Shown one piece after another: positions 35,013 through 44,733 of a stretch of 64,000 nucleotides of DNA (its first letter is position 1; each line of letters starts with the position of its first letter). The notes below the pieces were generated by a model. That model was not told where the DNA came from, made no database searches, and saw only the letters and a program-made list of their open reading frames with translations. Origin of the DNA: Candidatus Doudnabacteria bacterium (lineage in GTDB: Bacteria; Patescibacteriota; Doudnabacteria; UBA920); contig CAWINB010000001.1 in NCBI GenBank assembly GCA_963837465.1, forward strand, positions 220,981-284,980, given 5' to 3'. A program made the position numbers and the translations under genes.

Positions 35013-35984
35013 CTATCGTTTTCTCTTTAAAACTTTTTTAATCGCCGCAACTACCGCATCCTTATCCATCCCATATTTCTTAATCAATTCCTCCGGTTGG
35101 CCGGATTCGCCAAAAGTGTTGGGCATACCCAAGCTTTCTACGGGCACGGGATAATTTTGGGCCAGAACTTCGCAGACGGCCGAGCCGCAGCCAGCCATGG
35201 TTTGGTGTTCTTCCAAAGTTACTACGGCGCCGCATTTTTTTGCCGCCTCTATAATTGTAGCAGAGTCTATGGGTTTTATGGTGTGGTTATTCACAACCAT
35301 TACCGAAATTCCCTCTTTTTCCAAGTCTATAGCCGCCAAAAGAGCGTTATACAACACCGGGCCGCTGGCTATTACAGCAACATCTTTACCGTCCCTAAAA
35401 ATTTCCGCTTTGCCAACGGCAAAAGGAGTTTGCGCGGTGGTTATAACAGCAGTTTTAGATCTCCCTAAGCGAAAATACGCCGGACCTTTTATTTTTCCCA
35501 AAGCCACAACTGTTTTGCGGGCTTCTATGGCATTGCATGGGACTTCTACTATAAGGTTGGGCAAGACTCGGGTAATGGCAATGTCTTCCAAAGCCTGATG
35601 AGTAGCGCCGTCCGGGCCGACAGAAACTCCGGTATGACATCCTGCTACTTTTACGTTTGCCATACTGTAGCAAACGCTTACCCGCAATTGATCCCAATTG
35701 CGGCCGGGAGAAAAAGTCGCGTAAGAAGATACAAAAGCCGTTTTGCCGTAAAGCGCCAGGCCCGCGGCCAGACCCATCATATTCTGTTCGGCCACGCCGC
35801 ACTCCACAAATCTTTCCGGATACTTTATGCCAAAATCCAAAACCTGGGTGCTCTCGGCCAAATCCGCGGTCAGCACCACTACGTTTTCATCCGCCGCTCC
35901 CAAATCCAAAACCGCCTGTCCGTAACCCTTACGCGTGGCTTCCTGTTCTATGTCTAGTTGTCCGATTTTTGGATTTAGGTTCAT
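35013..35984 (-). CDS. Transketolase, C-terminal subunit (pyrimidine-binding + C-terminal domains).
   Basis: Strong match to split-transketolase subunit B (...GAAHHAL..., ...SYATFSPGRNWDQ...). Confidence 0.85.
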   Translation of the reverse strand: MNLNPKIGQLDIEQEATRKGYGQAVLDLGAADENVVVLTADLAESTQVLDFGIKYPERFVECGVAEQNMMGLAAGLALYGKTAFVSSYATFSPGRNWDQLRVSVCYSMANVKVAGCHTGVSVGPDGATHQALEDIAITRVLPNLIVEVPCNAIEARKTVVALGKIKGPAYFRLGRSKTAVITTAQTPFAVGKAEIFRDGKDVAVIASGPVLYNALLAAIDLEKEGISVMVVNNHTIKPIDSATIIEAAKKCGAVVTLEEHQTMAGCGSAVCEVLAQNYPVPVESLGMPNTFGESGQPEELIKKYGMDKDAVVAAIKKVLKRKR

Positions 35985-36010
35985 AGTGGTTGGCGTATAG
36001 CGTATAGTGG

Positions 36011-36376
36011 TTAGCGTTTAGGCTCTGATGTTAGCTTTCTAAGCATAGCGCCCAATATTTTTTGAACTTCATTCAATAATGAAAATGCCTTTTCATAGTC
36101 CAATTCAGGATATAACTTTTTCGCGATAATCAGCTGGGTTTCTAGCTCGCAAGCAGACCCATAGGCAATTCCTAAAAATTGAATAAATTCCGGTCTATGA
36201 TTTCTTCCATAACCTTCGGCAATGTTGGAGGGAATAGAAACAGATGCTCTTTGCATTTGGGAAGCCAGCGCATATAGTTCAGACTTAGGAAAAATTCTGG
36301 TAAGTTTGTAAGACTCTGATACTAAATCTATGGACTTTTGCCAAACTATTAATTCTTTGTAGGTTTTTATTTCCAT
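36011..36376 (-). CDS. Four-helix-bundle protein (the '23S rRNA intervening sequence protein' family). It is encoded between the two transketolase subunit genes.
   Basis: ...ELIVWQKSIDLV...FPKSELYALASQMQRASVSIPSNIAEGYGR.... Confidence 0.75.
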   Translation of the reverse strand: MEIKTYKELIVWQKSIDLVSESYKLTRIFPKSELYALASQMQRASVSIPSNIAEGYGRNHRPEFIQFLGIAYGSACELETQLIIAKKLYPELDYEKAFSLLNEVQKILGAMLRKLTSEPKR

Positions 36377-36417
36377 AAGTGCGCCCTCCCTATACCCTAA
36401 ACGCTATACGCTAACCG

Positions 36418-37269
36418 CTACTGATGCTCGCTTGCTATCCGTCCTCTTAAAGTCCGCAGTTCATTTAATGCCAAAGCCGCCTGCTCCTTGTTTGGCGGCG
36501 AGCCATGCCATTTATAATCACCTTCCATAAAATCCACACCCTTGCCCGCAATAGTGCGCGCGATAATCACGGTTGGTTTTTCGTAAATGGCCTTGGCTTC
36601 GTTGCAGGCGTTGATAATTTCCTGGACATTGTGGCCGTCTACTTCCAGCACGTGCCAGTTAAAAGCTTCGTACTTGGCGCGCAAACCCTCCAGCGGCATT
36701 ATGTCTTCCGTGTAGCCGTCTATTTGGATGTTGTTGCGGTCCATAATGGCCGTAATATTATGGAGTTTATTTTTCCCCGCGAACATGACCGCTTCCCAGG
36801 TCTGGCCTTCCTGCTGTTCGCCGTCGGACATTATTAAATAAATCCGGTTATGCTTGTGGTCCATCTTCAGGCCCAGCGCCATTCCCGCGGCTTGAGACGA
36901 ACCTTGCGCCAGCGGCCCCGAAGAAGTTTCTATTCCCGGCAAAGCCAAATTGTGCGGATGTCCGTGCAGACGGGTGCCGAATTTTCTAAGCGTCAACAAT
37001 TCCTCTTTTGGAAAATAGCCGGCCTCGGCCATAGTGGCGTACAAAACCGGACAGATATGCCCGCAGGACAAAATCAGCCGGTCCCGACCTTCCCATTTAG
37101 GGTCGGCGGGATTATATTCCAATACGTTAAAATAAAGCGCGGCAAAAACATCGGCCATATCCAAAGGCCCGGCGCTGTGCCCGCTGCCGGCGGCCAACAA
37201 CATCTCTATAATATCCTGCCTTATGTCGTTAGCCTTGTATTTTATTTCGTTGATGGAAAGTTTCGGCAT
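36418..37269 (-). CDS. Transketolase, N-terminal (thiamine-diphosphate-binding) subunit.
   Basis: ...GHSAGPLDMADVFAALYF..., ...LIMSDGEQQEGQTWEA.... Confidence 0.85.
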   Translation of the reverse strand: MPKLSINEIKYKANDIRQDIIEMLLAAGSGHSAGPLDMADVFAALYFNVLEYNPADPKWEGRDRLILSCGHICPVLYATMAEAGYFPKEELLTLRKFGTRLHGHPHNLALPGIETSSGPLAQGSSQAAGMALGLKMDHKHNRIYLIMSDGEQQEGQTWEAVMFAGKNKLHNITAIMDRNNIQIDGYTEDIMPLEGLRAKYEAFNWHVLEVDGHNVQEIINACNEAKAIYEKPTVIIARTIAGKGVDFMEGDYKWHGSPPNKEQAALALNELRTLRGRIASEHQ

Positions 37270-37907
37270 TACTGAATTTCTTTCGCCAACTTTTCAAAAG
37301 CCTGGTTAACATCCGCCGCTTTTACCAGCGCGCTGCCCACGCAAATTAAATCCGCTCCGGCATCTTTTAGGCTTTTTATGTTGATTTCGTTTACCCCGCC
37401 GTCTACTTCTATTATAGCATGGGGCAGCAGCTTTCTTAAGTCCGCGATTTTTCGCGGCGCGGACTCCATAAAAGACTGGCCTTGTTTGCCCGGAATAACG
37501 CTCATAACCAGATATTGATCGGCGGCAACATCCCGCAATACGTTCACAGATGTTTCCGGGCTTATCGCTACGCCGGTTTTAAATCCCATTTGCTTGATGT
37601 CCAGCAAAGTCTGTTTTAAATCATCTGAAGACGAAAACGCTTCGTAATGCACAATCAAAGTTTTAAAGCCGCAAATCCGATAGTCCAAAAAGTCCGCCGG
37701 ATTTTTTACCATTAAATGGGCTTCCCAGGCAAAAGCGGGATTTAGAGTATCTATTTCCGCCGCCGATAATAGCCGATCCGCGACAAACTCCCCATCGCCA
37801 AAATCCACTTGGACTCTTTCGAGGCCGGAAATTTTAACCACGCGGGAAACTTTATCCAAAAAGCCTTCCTTTGTGGTTTCTAAAATCGCGGGAACAATTA
37901 TGGACAT
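37269..37907 (-). CDS. rpe: Ribulose-phosphate 3-epimerase.
   Basis: ...PAILETTKEGF..., ...HLMVKNP..., ...IEVDGGV.... Confidence 0.85.
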   Translation of the reverse strand: MSIIVPAILETTKEGFLDKVSRVVKISGLERVQVDFGDGEFVADRLLSAAEIDTLNPAFAWEAHLMVKNPADFLDYRICGFKTLIVHYEAFSSSDDLKQTLLDIKQMGFKTGVAISPETSVNVLRDVAADQYLVMSVIPGKQGQSFMESAPRKIADLRKLLPHAIIEVDGGVNEINIKSLKDAGADLICVGSALVKAADVNQAFEKLAKEIQ

Positions 37908-37961
37908 TGAACAAAATTTAAAAAATTAAATAAAATTGACAAAATTATCCGGTAAGCTTCG

Positions 37962-38417
37962 TTAATTTCGTTCATTTTTGTCAATCATGTCAATTTTGTC
38001 AATCCTTCTTTGATGTCTACCGCCGTCAAAGCCGGTTTCTATCCATAGGTCTATCGCGCGCTCAACTTCACTTGGGCTTAAAAACTTCGCGCCAATAGAA
38101 AGCACATTGGCGTTGTTGTGCTGTCTGGACAGTTTGATAATATCTTCGTGGCCGCCATAATACAAAGCCGCGCGAATACCCTTAACCTTATTTGCCACCA
38201 TAGCCTCCCCGTTTCCGGACATACCAATGACTATACCCATACTCCCGGGATTTTGCGCCACTTTAACCGCGCAGGGGTAGATAAAATCCGGATAGTCATC
38301 TTCCGGGTCAAAAGCCCCTGGGCCGCAATCCTCCACTTCCATATCCGTATTTTTTAAATGCGAAATAATTTTGTTTTTTAATTCAAACCCGGCGTGGTCA
38401 CTGGCGATGTAAATCAT
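37962..38417 (-). CDS. rpiB: Ribose-5-phosphate isomerase B.
   Basis: MIYIASDHAGFELKNKII...GMSGNGEAMVANK.... Confidence 0.85.
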   Translation of the reverse strand: MIYIASDHAGFELKNKIISHLKNTDMEVEDCGPGAFDPEDDYPDFIYPCAVKVAQNPGSMGIVIGMSGNGEAMVANKVKGIRAALYYGGHEDIIKLSRQHNNANVLSIGAKFLSPSEVERAIDLWIETGFDGGRHQRRIDKIDMIDKNERN

Positions 38418-38500
38418 AGTAATTAGCGTTTAGCGCATAGTGATTAGCGGATAGATTAGGAACGCCTGTTTTCCTAAACGCTATACGCTAACCGCTAAAC
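38418..38500. repeat. GGGTTAG/GCGTTAG-family heptad palindromic element.
   Basis: ttagcgtttagcgcatagtgattagcggatag...cctaaacgctatacgctaaccgctaaacgcta. Confidence 0.55.
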
Positions 38501-38501
38501 G

Positions 38502-39185
38502 CTACATATTGATTATCTGATTAAAATCCTTGGCAATTAAACTTGCGCCACCGATTAGCAAACCGTCGACGTTGCGTTGTTTTAAAAATTCCGCGGCGTT
38601 GGCTAAATTAATACTGCCGCCGTACAAAACTTTTTCGGCTTTATATTTGTTTTTAATAAAAATCGCGATTTTTTCCGCGTGCTCCGGCGTGGCCGCTCTG
38701 CCGCTGCCAATGGCCCAAACCGGTTCGTAGGCCACTGCTACTTTTTTAGCATCAACATCTTTTAAATCCGCCTCCAGCTGGCCGCGCAAAACATCCACCA
38801 CGTCCAAATCATCCTGCTCCACGGTAGTACCAAAACCCACGCACAAAACCGGCGTAATTTTATGCTCCAGCAAAGACCGCAACTTAAAATTCACCATCCC
38901 ATCACTCTCACCCAAAGCCCGTTTTTCACTGTGCCCGACAATGCAATATTTAACCCCCAAATCTTTCAACTGCGCCGCGCTGGTCTGCCCGGTAAACGCG
39001 CCCTTGTCCTGCCAAAAACAATCCTGCGCGCCCAAGTTGGGATAATTGATGGACGACAAATAGATGGTCGGCGGACAAAGCACAACTTTATTTTTGGCTT
39101 TAGTGGAAATCGAAGACGCCAACTTCTGCGCGTCTTTTAGAGTATTAGGATTTAACTTCCAATTTGCGATAATAAGTTTTTTCAT
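38502..39185 (-). CDS. tpiA: Triosephosphate isomerase.
   Basis: ...IIANWK..., ...VAYEPVWAIGSG..., ...GGASL.... Confidence 0.85.
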   Translation of the reverse strand: MKKLIIANWKLNPNTLKDAQKLASSISTKAKNKVVLCPPTIYLSSINYPNLGAQDCFWQDKGAFTGQTSAAQLKDLGVKYCIVGHSEKRALGESDGMVNFKLRSLLEHKITPVLCVGFGTTVEQDDLDVVDVLRGQLEADLKDVDAKKVAVAYEPVWAIGSGRAATPEHAEKIAIFIKNKYKAEKVLYGGSINLANAAEFLKQRNVDGLLIGGASLIAKDFNQIINM

Positions 39186-39192
39186 ATGGTTA

Positions 39193-40218
39193 TCACTCCC
39201 CCTTTAAAAATTTCGTGCTCACCTCCGGTGGAATCGGATTCACCGGAATTCCGGTGGCGAATTCAAAGCCGGCCCAAATGGTAATGCGGGGAAAAATCGT
39301 TAGATGCCAGTGGTAGGCTTTTTCTTCGTGCGCGCTGTGGCGATGATCTCCGTCAGGCCTTTTTAAAGGCATGTTGTGGATGTAAAAATTCAGCGGAGGG
39401 TCGGAAAGCTTGGCGTATAATTGCCCCAGCGTAACCTTAAGCACAAAGGACAGATGCTTAATTTCATCGGCCGACATATCCTCAAAACGCGCTCCGTGTC
39501 TTTTGGGCAGAATCCAGGTTTCAAACGGGCTGCGGCTGGCATAGGCGGAAATTACCACAAAATGTTCGCTGTCATGAACCACGCGGTCTTTTACGCTCAA
39601 CTCCTCTTTTATGATATCACAATAAACGCAAGCGCGGTTAGCCTGGTAATAATGGTAGCAGCCCAAAATTTCGCTATGGATGTGCGGCGGCACAATGGGC
39701 GTGGCCAATAACTGATAATGAGGATGGACAATGGACGCTCCCGCATCGCGCCCGTGGTTATGGAAAATCTGCACGTACTGCAGTTCCGGATTATTAGCAA
39801 GCCGGTTTATGCGGTCAATAAAAGTTTTAATGGACAGCTCCACTATGGAAATGGATTGCAGCGCCACCGGCTCGTTATGCTTGCGCGTCACAATAACCTC
39901 ATGGTCGCCGTTGCCGCTGTGGGAAACGTAAAATTCCTTGTGTTGGTAAATTTTAGTTTGTTCCAGGGAAGCAAACTTGTTGGGAATAATCCTGACTTCC
40001 CAATTACTGTCCTTAGGGTCCAAAATATTCCCGGCCGCGCCATAGCGCGCGATTTCCGGATTTGCCTGCTCATTGCCCGGACAAAACACGCAGCCCGCGT
40101 CCACCTCCGGCACCCCGTGCATAACACTATAAGTAGCGTACTGGTCCGGCCGCTTGCCGCGACTCGGAGCAATCAGCACCCAGTTTTTTGTTATTGGGTT
40201 TTGCCTAAATTCAGACAT
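39193..40218 (-). CDS. galT: Galactose-1-phosphate uridylyltransferase (HIT-like).
   Basis: ...CVFCPGNE..., ...HPHYQLLATP.... Confidence 0.75.
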   Translation of the reverse strand: MSEFRQNPITKNWVLIAPSRGKRPDQYATYSVMHGVPEVDAGCVFCPGNEQANPEIARYGAAGNILDPKDSNWEVRIIPNKFASLEQTKIYQHKEFYVSHSGNGDHEVIVTRKHNEPVALQSISIVELSIKTFIDRINRLANNPELQYVQIFHNHGRDAGASIVHPHYQLLATPIVPPHIHSEILGCYHYYQANRACVYCDIIKEELSVKDRVVHDSEHFVVISAYASRSPFETWILPKRHGARFEDMSADEIKHLSFVLKVTLGQLYAKLSDPPLNFYIHNMPLKRPDGDHRHSAHEEKAYHWHLTIFPRITIWAGFEFATGIPVNPIPPEVSTKFLKGE

Positions 40219-40220
40219 AA

Positions 40221-40262
40221 GGGGTTAGGGGTTAGGGGTTAGGGGTTAGGGGTTAGGGGTTA
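40221..40262. repeat. (GGGGTTA)6 perfect tandem heptamer array beginning 3 nt upstream of the galT start codon.
   Basis: ggggttaggggttaggggttaggggttaggggttaggggtta. On the mRNA strand this is (TAACCCC)6 immediately 5' of the AUG. Confidence 0.85.
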
Positions 40263-40296
40263 GAAAGTGCATTACTCTCGCCCTATTCCCTTGCCT

Positions 40297-40680
40297 CTAT
40301 CCCCTATTTTTCTTATCCAAATAATTTTGCAATAAAATTTGCGCAGCCAAACTATCCAAGTTCTTTTTTTGTCCGCTAATATGTTCCGCCATTTGCGATG
40401 ACAGCCGTTCGTCTGTAATTTCTATTTTAATTTCAGTCAATTTCTCTAGCTTCTCCCTGAATTCGGCCACTTCCCTTGTCTTGTTAGTTTCCTCTCCACT
40501 CATATTCAGGGGCCAGCCCACAACTATTTTAGTTATCTGATCATCCGCGATGATCTGCGAAATCTCATCCCAAAAATCCCTCGGCGATAAAATCGCAAGT
40601 TCCCGCGCAAAAGTTTGGCTCTCATCGCTAATTGCCAAGCCTATCCTTTTTTCTCCGTAATCAATTCCGAGTATTTTCAT
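40297..40680 (-). CDS. ruvX: RuvX/YqgF Holliday-junction-resolvase-like pre-16S rRNA nuclease.
   Basis: MKILGIDYGEKRIGLAISDE.... Confidence 0.8.
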   Translation of the reverse strand: MKILGIDYGEKRIGLAISDESQTFARELAILSPRDFWDEISQIIADDQITKIVVGWPLNMSGEETNKTREVAEFREKLEKLTEIKIEITDERLSSQMAEHISGQKKNLDSLAAQILLQNYLDKKNRG

Positions 40681-40739
40681 GGGGTTAGATGTCAGGTTTT
40701 AGGTGCCAGATCTCTAAACTAGAACCTAACACCTAAAAC

Positions 40740-42065
40740 CTATTTTGATTCTCCTAATGTTACTTTTACGTTTTCTTCCTGGCCTTTGTGGTAAATTCTC
40801 AAGGTTACTGTGTCGCCGGGATTGTAGTTGGAAATAAGCGACGCCAGGGTATTATTTTCATCGATTTTTGTCCCGTTAACCGCCAAAATAATATCGTTCC
40901 CCATTAAGCCGGCTTTGTCGGCAGGGCTTCCTGGAACTACGGCAACATCGGCAGGACTCTGACCGCGCACAATCAACGCGCCGTAGTCTCGCGGCAGATT
41001 TTCCTGGCTGGCAATATCATCTGTAATGATAACATACCTAACGCCTAAAAAGGCGCTGGTTATACGGCCGTTTTTTTGGTAGCTGGCCACGGCCTTGGCC
41101 GCTTCGTTGGACGGAATGGCAAAACCCACCAGCTGACCCTCCTGGTCTATAGCCGTATTAATGCCAATAACCTGGCCGGCAATATTAAGCAAAGGTCCGC
41201 CGCTGTTACCCGGGTTAATGGCCGCGTCGGTTTGTATAACGCCGGATAAATCTTCGCTGGAACCGTCGTCGCTGCCCGCGGTTATGCTCCTGCCAATGCC
41301 GGAAACTATTCCGCTGGTGACGGTATTTTGGTATTGCCCCAATGAGTTGCCTATGGCAATAACGTGCTGGCCAACCTGCAGCTGGGACGAATCGGCAAGT
41401 TTAAGGTACGGAGCGTTGCTGATATTAATTTTCACCAGCGCCAAATCGTTTACCGGATCCCGGCTTAAAACCTGCGCGTCATACTGTTTGCCATCGCTGG
41501 TAATTACCGTGTAGCTGTCGGTGGTATCGGCCACCACGTGCTTGTTGGTTAAAATCAGGCCGTCCGATGAAATAAAAAATCCGCTGCCGGCGCCGACTTC
41601 CTGCAGGCCGCTTGAAGGGTTTTGATTATCCGATGAGCCGCCTCCGTTTTGGGGCTGCCGCTGCCCGTTGTTAAAAAAGAAGTTAAAAAACGGATCGCTG
41701 TCAAAAGGGCTCATGCCGTAACCCGGGATCTGGCTGACGTTTTGGGAAACAATGATGGACACCACGGCCGGACCCGCCGATTTTACCACGCTCACAGTTG
41801 AAGAGTCCTCATTATAAGTTATGATTTGCCCGGGCATAGCCGAAAAAAATCCCGGCAGCAGCTTTTTACCCAAAGACGAGCTTAAAAGATAAAAATCCCC
41901 CGCCGCCCCGCCGACAGCGCCAAAAACCAAACTCAAAATAACCGCTAAAACTAATATTTTAGTGGTTTTACTTTTTAAGCCGACTTCGGAATTATTTTGA
42001 TTTATTTTATTTACAGGAGTTTGGTTTTGGTTTGGAACCGGAGGAGTTTGTTCTAAATTGTCCAT
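40740..42065 (-). CDS. HtrA/DegP-family serine protease with PDZ domain.
   Basis: ...GNSGGPLLN... and the catalytic triad context, with a PDZ-like C-terminus. Confidence 0.8.
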   Translation of the reverse strand: MDNLEQTPPVPNQNQTPVNKINQNNSEVGLKSKTTKILVLAVILSLVFGAVGGAAGDFYLLSSSLGKKLLPGFFSAMPGQIITYNEDSSTVSVVKSAGPAVVSIIVSQNVSQIPGYGMSPFDSDPFFNFFFNNGQRQPQNGGGSSDNQNPSSGLQEVGAGSGFFISSDGLILTNKHVVADTTDSYTVITSDGKQYDAQVLSRDPVNDLALVKINISNAPYLKLADSSQLQVGQHVIAIGNSLGQYQNTVTSGIVSGIGRSITAGSDDGSSEDLSGVIQTDAAINPGNSGGPLLNIAGQVIGINTAIDQEGQLVGFAIPSNEAAKAVASYQKNGRITSAFLGVRYVIITDDIASQENLPRDYGALIVRGQSPADVAVVPGSPADKAGLMGNDIILAVNGTKIDENNTLASLISNYNPGDTVTLRIYHKGQEENVKVTLGESK

Positions 42066-42310
42066 GCGATTAAAAATTAATTACCGCACCTCTTAACTAA
42101 GAGCCTGTTTAAAAATTCATTTTGGCTGCAATTTCAGGAATTGGGCTGCAAAAGCAATTTGTTAAACAGGCTCTAAGAGGCGCTAATTCTGCATATATTA
42201 TAACACAAAACCGACCTTTTAAAAAAAGCCGGATGTAGGAAACACATTGTGAAATTGCGAGTGCAGCCGAAGCAATCCCATTAATCATTAAGGCCGTTAC
42301 CCCTGTCAGA

Positions 42311-42871
42311 CTATTGCTTAAGTCCACCCCACTCAACCATCACGAATCCCTTTCTGTCAAAATGATTCAGTACTTCCGGTACCGGCTGCGTGCTAGGCAT
42401 ACTTGCCAATGCAGACCAATCCAAAAATATTCGCAACACGCTGTCCGGCTTTGGCGAAACCTGCGTTGGAATAAACTTGTTCATAGTTTGAGTCTGGAAA
42501 AATGACAACCGATAATACGGAGCGTTTTTGCTCATTAATTGCGGCAACCAATAACTCATCATATCTGTTTTTTCTTTTTCGGTTAGGCCGATTTCGGTAA
42601 GTTTACCATCCAGAAAACCTGCGACCTCATTTTTACTTACAATCCAGCCGCCGTTGGCAATAGGATAACTACCGCTTGTCTGTCCTTCCCAATATAAATA
42701 TGGGTAAATTCCCCGGCGACAAGCGTCTTGAGCATATTCAGAACCGGCTACCGAAGAATTTATTTTATCGCAATCAGTCTCCTGCGGCTGCAAATCTTTA
42801 AGCTCGCCATCAGGATTAGCCAAAACATCCCACTGCCCGTTGTAAGTTGGGATATCCAGGGTAAAATTCAT
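42311..42871 (-). CDS. Hypothetical protein. It is possibly the 3' module of a larger gene with 43017-44285.
   Basis: The frame stays open upstream of the annotated Met back to 43016 (HSNPILIFQDPWGRYIGLGEWQYQTGGGCGKPVIYLYP...), where a stop at 43017-43019 ends the run. A GGGCGK motif there echoes a GGCGE motif near the C-terminus of the upstream ORF. Confidence 0.4.
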   Translation of the reverse strand: MNFTLDIPTYNGQWDVLANPDGELKDLQPQETDCDKINSSVAGSEYAQDACRRGIYPYLYWEGQTSGSYPIANGGWIVSKNEVAGFLDGKLTEIGLTEKEKTDMMSYWLPQLMSKNAPYYRLSFFQTQTMNKFIPTQVSPKPDSVLRIFLDWSALASMPSTQPVPEVLNHFDRKGFVMVEWGGLKQ

Positions 42872-43016
42872 AGGGTTTAAAAATTTAACAGTAACTTGGG
42901 TTGGCTTGGTAGGATATAAATAGATTACCGGCTTGCCGCAACCGCCGCCAGTTTGGTATTGCCACTCTCCCAGGCCTATATATCTGCCCCAGGGATCTTG
43001 GAAAATTAAAATTGGA

Positions 43017-44285
43017 TTAGAATGCTAAATAAGTTTGGTAACTGGGAATAGGCTGGTTATTATTTATACCGCCAAACTCGTCTTTCCAGGCGGTTATTTT
43101 GGAATAATATTCTTCCTGGTTAAGAGGGTGATTTGGGTCTTTAAGGGTATATAGCTGGACACCACCATTTAAAGTTGTGGCTATTGGACTAAGGTCGCTG
43201 CTGGAAATATTTTGCAAAACATATGTTAAGTTTGCCTCCCCGCAACCGCCGGGAAATAACTCACCATATTCTTGGTAGACAGGAACATTAGAGTTTAGCT
43301 CATCTTGTTTATAAAAATTAAAGTCATAAATAAAAGTAGGGCCGCCTTTACCCTTAGACCTGTTATATTCTTCCTTGGAGATAAAGCTATAGTCATAAGC
43401 CAACCCTGCCTGGTCCTGAACTAGAATATTGGTGTTGGCAGATATGTATTTTTGTTCTGTAGCAATTAAAGTTTGATAACCCGAATCCTCGCTGCCGGTT
43501 TGCGGAGAGGGAATCTTGACAGGCTCTGCATAAAAACTTAAACCCGGAGAGTTGCTGGATAATGAAGGAGTGCCGGAAACAAAAGAGTTCCAGTCAGGCT
43601 GTCCTTGGACCATAATAAAATTGCCTTCGTCTATGGTAGCCGGAAAATTTGAAGGTATACTGCCAGCTCCTACCACTTTTGCCGTATTGAAAATAGTATT
43701 CGGGTCGGTTAAATCAGCTTCCGCGGTAGAGTCAGTGTTGGTATCCAGAATAAATTTTTGGTAGTCCTTGGTCGCAAAAATATATGTAGCGGTTCCTCCA
43801 TAATTTTCATCTGAAGTTGTGTAAGCGGCTACGCGGTGGTAGCCAGCGTATTGACCAGAGCTGATTATACCATCGTCTAGATATTGAATATTTGGATTAA
43901 AATTATTGCTCTGCTCAAAAGAATTAAGGACAAACAATTCGTATCCGCCGTCCATTATAACCTGGCTTGTTGAGGCCGTTCCATTTGCACTGGGCATTGC
44001 TGAAGGCAGGCTGGTGGTAGGAGTAGGCGGATAAATAAAATTCCCCGGAGCGACTCCTGGAACTGGTGGGTAAACTGATGGGGATCCTACTTTAAGCGAT
44101 GCGGGAACAGTTTTGGTTATATTTGAATTTTTTGATTTATTTATACTAAAATATACGCTTACAACCGCCGCCGCAATCACGATTAAAACAGCCATTGCGA
44201 TTAAGCCGTTGTGCCGATACCATTTTTTTATTGCGGGTGGCGTTGGCGAAAGAGGCGATGGGGATGAAAAATTTTGGTTTTCCAT
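43017..44285 (-). CDS. Hypothetical exported or membrane-anchored protein.
   Basis: N-terminal TM segment, with Ser/Thr/Pro/Asn-rich composition. Confidence 0.45.
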   Translation of the reverse strand: MENQNFSSPSPLSPTPPAIKKWYRHNGLIAMAVLIVIAAAVVSVYFSINKSKNSNITKTVPASLKVGSPSVYPPVPGVAPGNFIYPPTPTTSLPSAMPSANGTASTSQVIMDGGYELFVLNSFEQSNNFNPNIQYLDDGIISSGQYAGYHRVAAYTTSDENYGGTATYIFATKDYQKFILDTNTDSTAEADLTDPNTIFNTAKVVGAGSIPSNFPATIDEGNFIMVQGQPDWNSFVSGTPSLSSNSPGLSFYAEPVKIPSPQTGSEDSGYQTLIATEQKYISANTNILVQDQAGLAYDYSFISKEEYNRSKGKGGPTFIYDFNFYKQDELNSNVPVYQEYGELFPGGCGEANLTYVLQNISSSDLSPIATTLNGGVQLYTLKDPNHPLNQEEYYSKITAWKDEFGGINNNQPIPSYQTYLAF

Positions 44286-44319
44286 TTTTGTTTCTTGTAT
44301 ATTTATTATTTGCTTTATT

Positions 44320-44733
44320 TTAGCACAATAAAATAATTCTCACCATATTTTTTCTGGTTTGTGTGGCAAAATAGCTTTGAGCTATGGCTATCGGTTCTTT
44401 GTTAGGGTCGCCATTTTGTGCAATAAGATAGCAGGCATAACGGTCCAATTTATAATCCCCTACTTGCCTGACTGTATTTGAACCCACATTTACCATTTTA
44501 ACCGTCCGGTTAAAATGGTTATCCACAACCTGGCCGCTATTGATACAAGCCCTGGCCGCGCGGCCAATAACCTCTTCGGCTTTTTGCCAATTAGGATAAT
44601 CCAAAAGCGGCATTAATTCCCTAGCCTGCCAATATTCTACTCCGTTTTTATCAATTTTTTTAATGCTCTCAAAATCTCTGTGCGGGCCCTGAATTGTAAT
44701 TTCCTTTTCCATAAATTGCTTAGAGCCTGCCAA
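44320..44733 (-). CDS. Hypothetical protein, possibly of the Bro-N / DNA-damage-inducible-protein-D type.
   Basis: ...FESIKKIDKNGVEYWQARELMPLLDYPNWQKAEEVIGRAARAC... gives a weak motif-level resemblance only. Confidence 0.3.
   Translation of the reverse strand: MAGSKQFMEKEITIQGPHRDFESIKKIDKNGVEYWQARELMPLLDYPNWQKAEEVIGRAARACINSGQVVDNHFNRTVKMVNVGSNTVRQVGDYKLDRYACYLIAQNGDPNKEPIAIAQSYFATQTRKNMVRIILLC

Noticed and set aside
40221-40262. The (GGGGTTA)6 array read as a telomere, and the heptad arrays read as CRISPR.
   Set aside because: The array is internal, sits 3 nt from a start codon, and the replicon shows no sign of being linear. The unit is 7 bp with no spacers and no cas genes anywhere in the window. 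It is therefore a simple sequence repeat, not a telomere or CRISPR array.
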